Shown piece after piece: positions 10,461-20,707 of a DNA stretch of 64,000 nucleotides (the stretch's first letter is position 1; every line of letters begins with the position of its first letter). Location of the stretch: positions 1 to 64,000 of the IMG/VR virus record IMGVR_UViG_3300032030_000023; one strand, written 5' to 3'. Under the pieces are notes generated by a model. That model saw nothing but the letters and a program-made list of their open reading frames with translations, had not been told where the DNA came from and ran no database searches. The position numbers were made by a program, and so were the translations under genes. Source of the stretch: an uncultured virus (IMG/VR IMGVR_UViG_3300032030_000023) (taxonomy: Duplodnaviria > Heunggongvirae > Uroviricota > Caudoviricetes).

Positions 10461-11860
10461 GCAGGAATGTAATAAAATACGTTAGAGTCCGGGCTAGCAG
10501 GTAAAGCTGAAACTACCTGATGTTTATTATTAACATATGCAGTTGTCGCAGCAGTAGCCTCATTTGAAGAAGTAGCAGGTGTAGGTAAGTTCACTTTACT
10601 ATTAAATATTGCGACGCTATTACCATCTGACAGAACTTGTAAAACTAATTGAGAATAAGCTGAACTCGTTTTGCCGTTTGCTCTAATCGCAAAGATTCTA
10701 TTTTCACTTGTATCTACATTTAAATTAATATATCCTAATTGAGTAGAAGAAGCATCATACCACTCTATAAATCTTTGTGTACTTGTAGAAGTTGGTGTTC
10801 CATTAGTATAGGCTTTATTAAATAGTCTTATTTGTGCATATGAATTTGATGTGTTACCATTACCAAGTATTATTTGATTGTGTGCTGTGACCCAATTACT
10901 CATATTAAATTGTGAAAGATCACTGTGTAGTTTTTGTAATTCTAAACCTTTAGCACCATTTGATAAATAATGTATCCCTAAATAAGCAAGACGAGTGTTA
11001 TTATTTCCTCTAAAATCATAACCTACATATTGATTTGATGAAGGAGTAGAACCTGGAGTAATACTATTATTTTGAGCAATAAAATTAACTGGTCCAGTAA
11101 TAGCCGCTACATAATTACTTATATCAAAATGTGCTGAAGAGGCTATTTGTGGAGAATTTTGATTTTTATGAGCTATTAAATCTAAATAAGTATAATATTG
11201 TGTACTGTTAGAAGGATCACCGTTTTGAACACATAAATGACAACCTACTGCATCATTAGTATATTGTCTCATTTGCATAAAAAATGTTCTACTACCGTTT
11301 TTATCAGCTTGTATATAATAATTATTTCCCCATGTATCTGCTGTTAAGGTTTTTGTTTTATCTATAGTAGTATTAATCTGCTGTATACTTAAATTACTAA
11401 GACGTGATTGTACCCAAGCAGTAGTAGCAATTCGTGAGGTACTGTCTGATACTGAAGAAGGAGTTGGAGCTTCTGCATAAGATGTTCCGTCTGATTTTAT
11501 ACCTACTCGAATAGCAGCATAACCATTTCCATTTTGTTGTCTTGCGTATAAACTTTTTCTATAAGTACCATCTGTTAAATGTTCGCATTCTAATCCACCT
11601 AACCAAATATTATTTTTATCTGTAAATCCAATGGAACTAATAGTTTGTTCAGATGGAGCAGTAGTCCAATCATCATTCATACCTTTCTTATAAAATACTT
11701 CTCTGAACCATTTATGAGCTTTTATATCTTGATCAGTATCTAGTGTGACAAAATTATTTGTAGCAAGAATAGATGAACCATTTATAGTAATATCATTAGC
11801 TTTAACTATAAGTGTGTTAGTACCATCTTTTACTGTAATATTACTTAAACTTGTTGTCAT
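10457..11860 (-). CDS. tail fibre protein B
   Basis: same N- and C-terminal motifs; convergent with A with overlapping stop codons. Confidence 0.85.
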   Translation of the reverse strand: MTTSLSNITVKDGTNTLIVKANDITINGSSILATNNFVTLDTDQDIKAHKWFREVFYKKGMNDDWTTAPSEQTISSIGFTDKNNIWLGGLECEHLTDGTYRKSLYARQQNGNGYAAIRVGIKSDGTSYAEAPTPSSVSDSTSRIATTAWVQSRLSNLSIQQINTTIDKTKTLTADTWGNNYYIQADKNGSRTFFMQMRQYTNDAVGCHLCVQNGDPSNSTQYYTYLDLIAHKNQNSPQIASSAHFDISNYVAAITGPVNFIAQNNSITPGSTPSSNQYVGYDFRGNNNTRLAYLGIHYLSNGAKGLELQKLHSDLSQFNMSNWVTAHNQIILGNGNTSNSYAQIRLFNKAYTNGTPTSTSTQRFIEWYDASSTQLGYINLNVDTSENRIFAIRANGKTSSAYSQLVLQVLSDGNSVAIFNSKVNLPTPATSSNEATAATTAYVNNKHQVVSALPASPDSNVFYYIPA

Positions 11861-11931
11861 TTTTCGTCTATTCCTTGTACTCTAATTCAGATATATTATA
11901 GATTCGTATAGAGTGTTAAAAATAGACTTAA
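11861..11931 (-). repeat. diverged copy of the fibre A/C leader
   Basis: minus strand tatacgaatctataatatatctgaattagag..aatagac aligns with the A leader, mostly by transitions. Confidence 0.75.
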
Positions 11932-11951
11932 TTTAACTTAAAGTATTGTTT

Positions 11952-12227
11952 TTAATGAATAATGAAGCCTGGAGATAGAACTACTATTTTACCTTTTTTA
12001 TTTTTAGCATATAAAGCGGATTTTGGTTTACCATGATCTATCCAATATTTAACAAGTAAAATATGAAAATGATTAAAAGGATTATGAGATTTTTCAAAAT
12101 GAGGACAACTGCAAGTTTTAAGATCTGCAGATACAAAAAAAGAAGAGACTAAAACTGAATTTATTTTTTCATGTACAAAGTATCCATTTATTTCTTCATC
12201 TACGATACTTTCTTCAATAAGATACAT
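11952..12227 (-). CDS. SWIM-like zinc-finger protein
   Basis: CSCPHF...HFHIL; start moved to MYLIEE on RBS position. Confidence 0.5.
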   Translation of the reverse strand: MYLIEESIVDEEINGYFVHEKINSVLVSSFFVSADLKTCSCPHFEKSHNPFNHFHILLVKYWIDHGKPKSALYAKNKKGKIVVLSPGFIIH

Positions 12228-12353
12228 ATTAATTCCTTTTTCCTTTTTATAACAATAATACATTATATTAGAACATTAATTTTCATAAAAAATTATAAAG
12301 AAAAAGAGTGTATTAACGAAAACACACTCTCTAACAAACATATTAATTAAAAA

Positions 12354-12992
12354 TTACATAAGACCTATACATAAACCGAATGTAAAGCCATGTAAAATTT
12401 CAGCTAAATTTTTAGGCTCATTTATAGTTAATTTTACAAACATAGAATTAGTATATAATGATGGAAATTTAGCAAAAAGTTTATGACAACTTAAATAAAT
12501 AGGATACATACATAAAATAAGAATTAACCATAACCAAGAATGGTATAAAATCATAGCAGGTAATAAACCAACTAATGCACGCATACTACTATAAATCCAG
12601 TCATATACACCATAGTATTTATGAATATGATAAGGTAAATGTAACAGATCTTCTACAACCCAATTTATAAAACGAACGATCTGATTACATAAAGGACGAA
12701 ACCATAAGCTGTAAGAGTCGCGATTTTGTACTCCACTTTGGCCAGAATCTATGATCTCTCCTATTGACCTAGACCAGTACTGTACTATGATATACAGAGA
12801 TGTAGCAGCAATAGAGAAAGCTTTCCAGAATTCGTTATTAATAGTTACACTCATCTGTATATGCATTAGTACAAAACCAAGAGCCATAATTCCGATCATT
12901 TCTTGAGTAGCTCTAGAAAGTATCTTTTTAAATTTACCTTCTCCAAAAAGACGTCTCCAAAGAGCCCAAAACATTCCACATAATAAACTCAT
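12354..12992 (-). CDS. multi-pass membrane protein
   Basis: several hydrophobic segments. Confidence 0.6.
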   Translation of the reverse strand: MSLLCGMFWALWRRLFGEGKFKKILSRATQEMIGIMALGFVLMHIQMSVTINNEFWKAFSIAATSLYIIVQYWSRSIGEIIDSGQSGVQNRDSYSLWFRPLCNQIVRFINWVVEDLLHLPYHIHKYYGVYDWIYSSMRALVGLLPAMILYHSWLWLILILCMYPIYLSCHKLFAKFPSLYTNSMFVKLTINEPKNLAEILHGFTFGLCIGLM

Positions 12993-13136
12993 TATTTTTA
13001 ACTCCAGTATTAATAATATATATACTTATTAGAACTATTCAAAAGCTTGTTTTAATTAGCATTTTGTTATATAACTATTAGGTCTCATTTTAAGCTCATA
13101 CAGTGATGATATGTCATTTTACTATAAGTTATAAAG

Positions 13137-13169
13137 AAAAGACCCAAAACGTTAATTCTGGGTCATTTT
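13137..13169. terminator. intrinsic terminator
   Basis: gaccca / tgggtc stem flanked by A and T runs. Confidence 0.5.
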
Positions 13170-13192
13170 AGTAACTATTTTTGTTATATTTA

Positions 13193-13588
13193 TTATGAAT
13201 CTTTTTTGCTACAGATATGATGTGCTAGTTTTTTAGCAGATTGTTCCAAAGGATAGAGAATTCCACCTGTTGTTTTTAAGAATTCGTAGATTTTTTGTTC
13301 TACTTGTTCTTCGTTATTTGAGTCTTCTGTTATTTCTTTAGGACTCATTACTTTTTTAATATAATTCCATACTTTTTGTGTAACTTCTTCTTGTTGTTCA
13401 TCTGATAGTTCATTAAAAGAATGTGAATGATAATTTGCTATTTCATTAAGAAAATCTTTTACGCTTTCATAATCTTTAGCCTTTAATATCATATTACTTT
13501 CAATGTAGTTTAACTTTTTAATGATAGTATTTGCGATTCTGCTTAGAGGATTAATTGCTTCCATAAATGCTTGACGTGTAATAGACAT
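13193..13588 (-). CDS. hypothetical protein
   Basis: 131-aa ORF translationally coupled to the upstream gene. Confidence 0.55.
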   Translation of the reverse strand: MSITRQAFMEAINPLSRIANTIIKKLNYIESNMILKAKDYESVKDFLNEIANYHSHSFNELSDEQQEEVTQKVWNYIKKVMSPKEITEDSNNEEQVEQKIYEFLKTTGGILYPLEQSAKKLAHHICSKKDS

Positions 13589-14415
13589 TAGAATTCTCCT
13601 TTAAGACTTTTTAGATAATCAATAACTTCATTAAGTTTATCTTTAGCTTCTTGTGAATATACTGTCAATACCATATCTTCTATTTTCATGATATCAAAGT
13701 CTAAATCACTATTTCTATCTTCTTGTCTTTCAACAGCAGGATCTTTACTATTTACTAATATATTTTCTATTGCTTCAATAGTTCCTTGTTCTAATCCAAA
13801 GTTTATTTTTACTCCCCAAAGATATTTATCTACTTCTTCAGCAGTCATGTCTTGAGGAAATCTGTCAAGCATATTATAAACTTCTTCTTTCTGTCTATCA
13901 TCTAATGCAACAGTTTGAAAGATAGCATATTCAACTTTATCTTTATTATAAAGTCTATTTTCAGCTACATTCTCTTCAAAAGCTTGCACTGATTCTGTTA
14001 GAGATTCTTTTACAGTTTTATCTTCTTTTTCTTTATTATCATCTGTATTTTCTTCAGACGTAATTTCAGAATTTTCAGTATCTTTACCTGTATTAGCTTC
14101 TTCTACACCATCTTCAAATGCTTTTTTAATAGTATCTACTTTAGACATTTGTGTTGTTAATTGAGCAAGATGTTTTACTTCTTCTCTTTTAATATCTTCT
14201 AATGTATCGTGAAAAAGCTCTACTAATGATTTTGTAGTTACATTTTCTTCTAAAGCTAATATTTGGTCATACTCATTACAAGCAGAAGTTTCACTAGAAA
14301 TAGCTCCCATAATAGCTTGCTTATACTGTTCATCATAAGTGATATCTACAGTATTTGTATCTAGTGGATTTACTTCTGCTTCAGTCAGAGTTTTCTTTTT
14401 AGGAATAAATCTCAT
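13588..14415 (-). CDS. ferritin-like domain protein (probably virion-associated)
   Basis: AISSETSACNEY ... IKREEVKH (ExxH) helical pattern, acidic C-terminus. Confidence 0.5.
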   Translation of the reverse strand: MRFIPKKKTLTEAEVNPLDTNTVDITYDEQYKQAIMGAISSETSACNEYDQILALEENVTTKSLVELFHDTLEDIKREEVKHLAQLTTQMSKVDTIKKAFEDGVEEANTGKDTENSEITSEENTDDNKEKEDKTVKESLTESVQAFEENVAENRLYNKDKVEYAIFQTVALDDRQKEEVYNMLDRFPQDMTAEEVDKYLWGVKINFGLEQGTIEAIENILVNSKDPAVERQEDRNSDLDFDIMKIEDMVLTVYSQEAKDKLNEVIDYLKSLKGEF

Positions 14416-14432
14416 AACATTACTTCTTTTTT

Positions 14433-15143
14433 TTATTTTTGGACTGGATTTGCAGCACTCGATTTGTTTACAAAGTATGTATTATCGTCACCTAATTCTA
14501 GAGAAACTGTAGAAACAGTAATATTTTTAGGTAACTTATTCTTATCTACTTGCGATACTTTATAAGCATTGTTTTTCTGATCATCTAATACTTGATCTAC
14601 ATGAATACCTTCTGAACCTTCACCAATTTCGTTCTTCAAAGTATTTAAAACATCAGAAACGTTAATTCGCATGTCCTGCTGGTAATCTTTAGGACCTGCG
14701 AAATCACTTGCCTCAGATAGATATGCTAAACAGTCTTTACCTTCTAAAATCTCGTTCATGAATTTACCATAAGTACCTTCGCCAAACATGTGATGTAGCA
14801 TATGTTCTACTTTGTCTTCACCTTCTTCGCAGTGATCATCTTCACAAGGGTTATCAATTTCTTTTACTGAAATATTTACTAATTCATTTGTAACATCAGC
14901 ATCATGATCAACTGGACCTTCAGCTTTATTTTCAAAGTTAGTATCGTTTGACATTTCAGCTGTATTTACGAGATTTTGAGCATCTGTAATTTCTTCTTGT
15001 GCAAATTCACCCGGAACTACATTAGCCATACCCATATCATCGAATGACTGTACACCATTCTGTTTAATCATATCAGCAGTACTTTCAATACCTTCTTTTA
15101 ATACTGATTTAGCTGCTTCTAATAATTCGTTCTTAAGATTCAT
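14433..15143 (-). CDS. acidic putative prohead core/internal protein
   Basis: N-terminal LLEAAKSVLKEG (L-x-E motifs), acidic. Confidence 0.45.
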   Translation of the reverse strand: MNLKNELLEAAKSVLKEGIESTADMIKQNGVQSFDDMGMANVVPGEFAQEEITDAQNLVNTAEMSNDTNFENKAEGPVDHDADVTNELVNISVKEIDNPCEDDHCEEGEDKVEHMLHHMFGEGTYGKFMNEILEGKDCLAYLSEASDFAGPKDYQQDMRINVSDVLNTLKNEIGEGSEGIHVDQVLDDQKNNAYKVSQVDKNKLPKNITVSTVSLELGDDNTYFVNKSSAANPVQK

Positions 15144-15298
15144 TTATTTTTATCCTTATTAAAAACTCGAGTATATTTGTAGGGATTATTATGTTTTTCT
15201 TTTAAAGACTTACGCTTTTTATCTTTTTCATATCTTTGCATATATTCAACGAAGCGCTTATATGTAAATTTAGAAGATATTTCGTTATCGTCTTTCAT
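15140..15298 (-). CDS. small basic hypothetical protein (52 aa, below ORF-track cutoff)
   Basis: MKDDNEISSKFTYKRF...NKDKNK; aaggt RBS; ATGA overlap with the next gene. Confidence 0.5.
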   Translation of the reverse strand: MKDDNEISSKFTYKRFVEYMQRYEKDKKRKSLKEKHNNPYKYTRVFNKDKNK

Positions 15299-15367
15299 AA
15301 GTTAAACCTTTCTTTTACTTTTATTTAGAACTTCATCATAAATAGAACTTAATTATAACGCTAATTT

Positions 15368-16279
15368 TTATTCTTTTTCATATTGGCATGGATCTGGAAA
15401 TAATGTATATAGTAATCCATTAAGTTTAGGAAAATTTCGCCAGTTATCCGTTACATCATCAAAAACTGATAGCCAACACTCATTAAGATAGTCTTTCGTA
15501 AGATCTCTTCCTAATGGAATTTTTACATCTTTTATAAGTCTTTGATTTTCAACAGTTTTTGTAGGATATAAATTTCTATAAACTGATCTTTTATGTAGTA
15601 CTTTTTTTGTATTTTGAAATTCTTTTATTTCTGGTCTGTTAAGAAATTCTAAAAAATCTTTTTTGTTAATTAATATTGGCCAGTGCGATTCATAGTTAAA
15701 CTGGTTTTTACAATTCATTTGAGTAAGAAGTTCTTCTGCATAAGAAAACGCATATTGCCATCTAGATTTCTTTTCTGTTTTACTGTATCTTTTTATTTCA
15801 TCTAATAGTGTACCTAAGTATACGTTAGTATTTTCTTCCCAATTAGTTATTTGTTTTATAGCAAAGAAATCATCATTCATAAGAATAAAATTATCAGAAA
15901 TATCTGGACATGTACAAGCAGTAGTATAATTAACCATACTGTTTTTCCATTTATTTCCTGTTTGTTCTGTATGTATATATTCTACATTTTGTACCCAAGA
16001 AGGCTTATATCCTATAATCCATATTTTACGATATTTACAGAATTTAGAAACAGAACGTAATGACATTCTTAAATCAGGATTGATCTCTCCTTCTTTTACA
16101 ATATAGACTAAATCATATAATGTATCTGTATCAATAGGATCTTGCTTAATAATATTACAATCTTCTATTTGCGATTTAAAAAGTACTTTTACTCTATCCG
16201 TATGTATTTTTTTTAATTTTTCTCTTTCTTTTGCTAATCTACGTAAATAAGGAGCTAATGTACATCCTAAACTACTCAT
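15368..16279 (-). CDS. Stealth-family (hexose-1-phosphate transferase-like) protein
   Basis: DLVY..DLRMSLRSV..KIWIIGYKPSW..ISDNFILMNDDFF match Stealth conserved regions; start placed at MSSLG by ggag RBS. Confidence 0.7.
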   Translation of the reverse strand: MSSLGCTLAPYLRRLAKEREKLKKIHTDRVKVLFKSQIEDCNIIKQDPIDTDTLYDLVYIVKEGEINPDLRMSLRSVSKFCKYRKIWIIGYKPSWVQNVEYIHTEQTGNKWKNSMVNYTTACTCPDISDNFILMNDDFFAIKQITNWEENTNVYLGTLLDEIKRYSKTEKKSRWQYAFSYAEELLTQMNCKNQFNYESHWPILINKKDFLEFLNRPEIKEFQNTKKVLHKRSVYRNLYPTKTVENQRLIKDVKIPLGRDLTKDYLNECWLSVFDDVTDNWRNFPKLNGLLYTLFPDPCQYEKE

Positions 16280-16351
16280 TATATTCTCCAGTAATATATA
16301 CACTATTTATAATGTATAGAACTGAAAAATACAAACAATAAGCGAATAAAT

Positions 16352-16624
16352 TTATTCGGAAAAATCACCTGATTCTTCATCTTCAGGATAAGGTAAATTC
16401 TCTTCAATCCATGCTGTTACTTCTTTATCAAGAATTAAATAAGCTTCTTCATCTTCAGCAGTCCAACTACCATTAGCTTGTCTTCTTTGTCTTTCTAATG
16501 TTTTATCATCAATGTGTTCTTTACGATATTGGATACGTTGTTGTTCTATTTCTTCGTGTGTAGGAATATGAGGTTCATTTTCAACAGATTCTAAATAATC
16601 ACCTCTATCTTCAAAAGAATGGTT
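16352..16624 (-). pseudogene. 5'-truncated or frameshifted tail-fibre chaperone-like gene
   Basis: 90-aa open frame NHSFEDRGDYLESVEN...LPYPEDEESGDFSE* without an in-frame start; nearby ATG at 16632 is one base out of frame. Confidence 0.6.
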
Positions 16625-16757
16625 TTATACATTAAGCTGGAATATAATAAAATACATTTGCATTCGGACTAGCTGGTAATGCAGAAACTACTTGATGCTT
16701 ACTGTTACAGTAAGCTGTAGTAGCTATTTTGGTACTGTTATCAGATACTGCTGGTGT
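16606..16757 (+). repeat. ~150-bp direct repeat, partner 23896-24047
   Basis: covers the 3' ends of fibres C and E plus the 30 nt encoding YLQKNGFIH*. Confidence 0.85.
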
Positions 16758-19700
16758 CGGAGCTTCAGTATAAAAAGAACCAGAAGCGTTGCATGATATT
16801 CCCAGAGTAGCACCGCTATTAGTTCCAGCAACAGGCGATTTTACAAACAAACGTGAAGAAACACTCCCATCTGTGTACATTCCTGTATATACTGAACCCA
16901 TTTCAACATTATTTTTATCAGTAATTCTAGAACCGCCATAACAGTTTGAGCTAGGAGCAGTGCCTTGCGTATAAACGCTAGATTGATATCTTACACGCAT
17001 ATCACCGTCTTTTAAAACTATTGGAACATTACTAAAAGTCTTAGTACCTGCAATAGTTTGATTTCCTGTTAATTTAACACAGTCAGAAGTATCGCCACTA
17101 GCACTTCCGTATTCTTGGAATTTACCATTAGTATAAGCATATATTTTATCTTGTGGACAGAAATAGCATTGGTAAGTAGAGTACGTATAACCGATAGGAA
17201 TGTAAAATTTATTATCAGCACTACTCGGAACAGTTGTCGTTACTAATGTTGAATCAATTGTCGCTGTTACACCATTAAGAGCAGATAATACTAAGTAGAC
17301 TGTTGCATATTGAGTACCTGTCCAAGATGAATTACCTGTTATATCTCTGACACTTCTACCTGATATTGCTCTAAAATTATTAGTACCTGTACCTGATGCA
17401 CTAATAGCTGAGCCAGCCACCAGAATTGGATAGCTTATATCAAAAGTAATTCCACTGCCTATGTTTTTATAACCAGCAGAAGTTCCTACAATAGCCCTCC
17501 CTGCTGTAATAGCCGTTGCGGCTTTAATATTATTAGCAATTTGAAGTCTATCAGTAGTATTACTGTCTAAATCGCCTATTAATTGATAATATGTGCCATC
17601 ATAAACAAATACGTATGTACGATTAATTCTTAAATATCCTTTATTAATAGCACTGCCACGATACTGAATAGCTTTTGCACCTGTACTATTAACATTAAGT
17701 GTCGGATTGTCTGCACCATTGGCTTCTGCTGTAAACTTAACAAAAATAACTGCACCAGTTTCTAACTTAAATCCCGTACACGCAACTACTTTTTCTTGTG
17801 TAGCTGCTGCTGTATCACAAGTACCATAATGAGTAATATTAGCAGAACCATCAAACTCAACACCATCTATCGTTCGTTTAGTAGTTAGCTTAGCAGCAGA
17901 ACCAGTAATACTACCAGACGATGTGATATATCCTTGAGCCTTAACGAAAGCAGTAGTAGCGATTTTAGTTGAGTTATCAGATGTAGCAGGTGTAGGAGCG
18001 TAAGTAAATACATTTTTATTTTGGTCGTAACCAATTGTTAATTTCGCGTCATTTGTTGAACCTGATGTTGGTTCAAATACTGCTAAATTTAATGTGGAAA
18101 CTCCGTTTGAGTTATAATCATGATAGATTTGAGCCATTTTATTAGTTTGAGCAGTTCCATTTTTATCATAAACAGTTCCAAACCATCCATCTATTGTACT
18201 TGTTGGAGCTGTACCTTTACTTATACCAGAATATTGCATGTAAAGATTAGGTTGAGTCATCTTTATTGTTGGAGTACTAGTAAAAGTCTTATTCCCAGCA
18301 ATAGTTTGGTTACCAGTAAGCTTAACAACATCACTATCAGCAGCTTTTGCATTCAAAGCGTTTTGTAAGTCTGTTTGATTTGATAATGTACCTGTAACTG
18401 ATCCCCAAGTAGCTTGACCACCAGAACTATATCCTTGTGCTTTAACCCAGGCAGTAGTAGCAATCTTTGTGGAGTTATCAGAAGTAGCTGGTGTAAGTGT
18501 AGTTAAATACTCACTAGTATCTCCTAAAAATAATTTTTTCCAAGAAGTCCATGTTCCATTTTTACAAGACCTAAAATATATACAACTCTCCTTAGCACCA
18601 TAATATTTTTGAAAGATAATGTGATCAGTTGACGAAAAATTCCTTATCATAGATGTTTCTAATAAAAAGGTATCTTGGTCTGCTATTGGTTTGTCTGTTA
18701 TGTTAGCACTCGCACCATTAGAAGTACAATAATAATATAATGTTTCACTACTACCAGTTGAAACACAATCATTTAAACTTATTGTTTGGAAAGATATATT
18801 TTTACCTCTAAATACACCATTGAAATATAGTGCATCATTTATAGTTTTATTTCCATTTATAGTTTCATCACCGCTTCTGTGAACAACGTTTGTAGATGTT
18901 GCTGGATTATTTACCCAACCCATTGTTGCTAAAAGGGTATCTGATGTTGAGGAAGTTGAATATACTAAATTATAGTTATAAGTATTTGATAAATTTCCTC
19001 CACCTGTATATATTAATGCGAAATTTTGACCATCATCAGCAATCATATTTCTAAGGTCAGCATATGAAGTATTTTCGCCATATTTGTGTGCTCTAAACCA
19101 ATAGCCTGTTTGTGATTTACCTTCTTGCGAATTATAGCTACGATAATTATATAAAGAAGTAACAGAATTATTAGTTAAATCTGTTGCTTCTAAAATAACA
19201 TGCGCTGAGGACTTAGTAAGTTCAGAAAAATCACTATACCCTTTTAGTTTATATATAGCACCACTTGTTAATGTTAAGTTTCCACTCTTTTCTTCATTAC
19301 CAGTTCTATGAATAACATTTGTACTGGTATCTGGATTGTTTACCCAACCTTTAGTTGGTACTTCTGTATCTGTTGTTGCACTAACGACTCTCGTTAAGGA
19401 TAAGTTTGTTCCATTACCATTAATACTAGCCGTAAATGCTCCATTATCACGATTTTGAACTTCAATATACCCTTCTTTATTTGAAGTTGCATTAACAGTA
19501 TTTAATCTATTATATAAAGCACCATTGACATAATATGATGATTGATTAACACTACCCTTTCCATTAGTATCAGTTAAATTAAATAAAGCAGTTCCCCCAC
19601 TACCTAAGTTAGCTGTTCTTTGAATGGCAGAACTAAAGGTTTTAACACCAGATATACTTTCATTACCAGTTTTGTGTACTACATCTGCATCGTTAGCTTT

Positions 19701-19811
19701 ATTATTTATCTGTGTTTGTATACTAGTACCATCTATTGTGATGTCGTTTGATTTAACTATGAGTGTATGACTTGAATCTTTTACTGTGATATTTGATAAA
19801 GAGGTAGGCAT
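16632..19811 (-). CDS. tail fibre protein C (longest)
   Basis: same N- and C-terminal motifs, repeated fibre modules, TIDGVEFDGSANIT motif. Confidence 0.88.
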   Translation of the reverse strand: MPTSLSNITVKDSSHTLIVKSNDITIDGTSIQTQINNKANDADVVHKTGNESISGVKTFSSAIQRTANLGSGGTALFNLTDTNGKGSVNQSSYYVNGALYNRLNTVNATSNKEGYIEVQNRDNGAFTASINGNGTNLSLTRVVSATTDTEVPTKGWVNNPDTSTNVIHRTGNEEKSGNLTLTSGAIYKLKGYSDFSELTKSSAHVILEATDLTNNSVTSLYNYRSYNSQEGKSQTGYWFRAHKYGENTSYADLRNMIADDGQNFALIYTGGGNLSNTYNYNLVYSTSSTSDTLLATMGWVNNPATSTNVVHRSGDETINGNKTINDALYFNGVFRGKNISFQTISLNDCVSTGSSETLYYYCTSNGASANITDKPIADQDTFLLETSMIRNFSSTDHIIFQKYYGAKESCIYFRSCKNGTWTSWKKLFLGDTSEYLTTLTPATSDNSTKIATTAWVKAQGYSSGGQATWGSVTGTLSNQTDLQNALNAKAADSDVVKLTGNQTIAGNKTFTSTPTIKMTQPNLYMQYSGISKGTAPTSTIDGWFGTVYDKNGTAQTNKMAQIYHDYNSNGVSTLNLAVFEPTSGSTNDAKLTIGYDQNKNVFTYAPTPATSDNSTKIATTAFVKAQGYITSSGSITGSAAKLTTKRTIDGVEFDGSANITHYGTCDTAAATQEKVVACTGFKLETGAVIFVKFTAEANGADNPTLNVNSTGAKAIQYRGSAINKGYLRINRTYVFVYDGTYYQLIGDLDSNTTDRLQIANNIKAATAITAGRAIVGTSAGYKNIGSGITFDISYPILVAGSAISASGTGTNNFRAISGRSVRDITGNSSWTGTQYATVYLVLSALNGVTATIDSTLVTTTVPSSADNKFYIPIGYTYSTYQCYFCPQDKIYAYTNGKFQEYGSASGDTSDCVKLTGNQTIAGTKTFSNVPIVLKDGDMRVRYQSSVYTQGTAPSSNCYGGSRITDKNNVEMGSVYTGMYTDGSVSSRLFVKSPVAGTNSGATLGISCNASGSFYTEAPTPAVSDNSTKIATTAYCNSKHQVVSALPASPNANVFYYIPA

Positions 19812-19843
19812 TATATAAGTCCTTGTTTTGTCTATATTTTTAT

Positions 19844-19889
19844 CTCTAGTTTAGGTATATTATAGATTGATATAAAAGGAAAGAAGTAG
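19844..19889 (-). repeat. composite leader of fibre C: 23-bp repeat shared with F and 25-bp repeat shared with A, overlapping by AA
   Basis: 19867-19889 is the reverse complement of 25252-25274; 19844-19868 is the reverse complement of 8285-8309. Confidence 0.9.
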
Positions 19890-19980
19890 TAATATAATTT
19901 AAAAGAAAATAAATAAAAATCCACTGAAATCCAAAAATATATAACAAACACATACTTTAGCATATAAAACTTTTTTAAGC

Positions 19981-20009
19981 TTTACAAATGTTAAAGATAA
20001 CTATATAAT
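19981..20009 (+). promoter_or_regulatory. sigma70-type promoter of the invertase
   Basis: TTTACA-17 nt-TATAAT. Confidence 0.7.
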
Positions 20010-20065
20010 ATATATCGTAAAAACAAAAATATTAACTTTAATTTTTAGAAAAAGGAAATAATACA

Positions 20066-20707
20066 ATGACAGTATATGCATATCTACGTGTTTCAACACA
20101 ACAACAAGATGAACAAAATCAAAGACTTGGTATTGATAAAAAAGCAGAACAACTAAATCTAACAATAGATAAATACATTATAGATAAGAAATCAGGAGCC
20201 ATTGATCCTAGTGAAAGAAACTTAGGTAAACTACTTAAAAAACTAAAACAAGGAGACATACTACTTATCAGTGAAATATCAAGACTATCACGTAAACTAT
20301 TCTCTCTTTTCAGCATCATAAAAGTACTACTAGAGAAACAAGTCACTATCTATTCAGTAAAGGATGGATATACACTAGATGCATCCATTCAGTCAAAGAT
20401 ACTTGCGTTCGCATTTGGTATTTCAGCCGAATTGGAACGCCAATTACTTTCTCAGAGGACTAAGGAAGCATTGGCTCATAAAAGAGAGCAGGGTGTTATA
20501 TTAGGTCGTCCTAAAGGTTCGAAGTCTTCATATCACAAACTTGATTCACATAAGACAAGATTATTGAATGATTACGAAAAAGGAGCAACTATAACATCAC
20601 TTGCAAAAAGGTATAAAGTCTCTCATAAAACTGTAAAGAAGTATGTAGATCGTTATAGAGGCATTTATCATCTTAAAGTTGAAGAGCAAGTTACTGAAGA
20701 GATTTAA
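20066..20707 (+). CDS. serine recombinase/DNA invertase, Mpi-like
   Basis: YAYLRVST (catalytic Ser), SRLSR, IQSKILAFAFGISAELERQLLSQRTKEAL, LGRPKG, C-terminal HTH. Confidence 0.9.
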   Translation: MTVYAYLRVSTQQQDEQNQRLGIDKKAEQLNLTIDKYIIDKKSGAIDPSERNLGKLLKKLKQGDILLISEISRLSRKLFSLFSIIKVLLEKQVTIYSVKDGYTLDASIQSKILAFAFGISAELERQLLSQRTKEALAHKREQGVILGRPKGSKSSYHKLDSHKTRLLNDYEKGATITSLAKRYKVSHKTVKKYVDRYRGIYHLKVEEQVTEEI

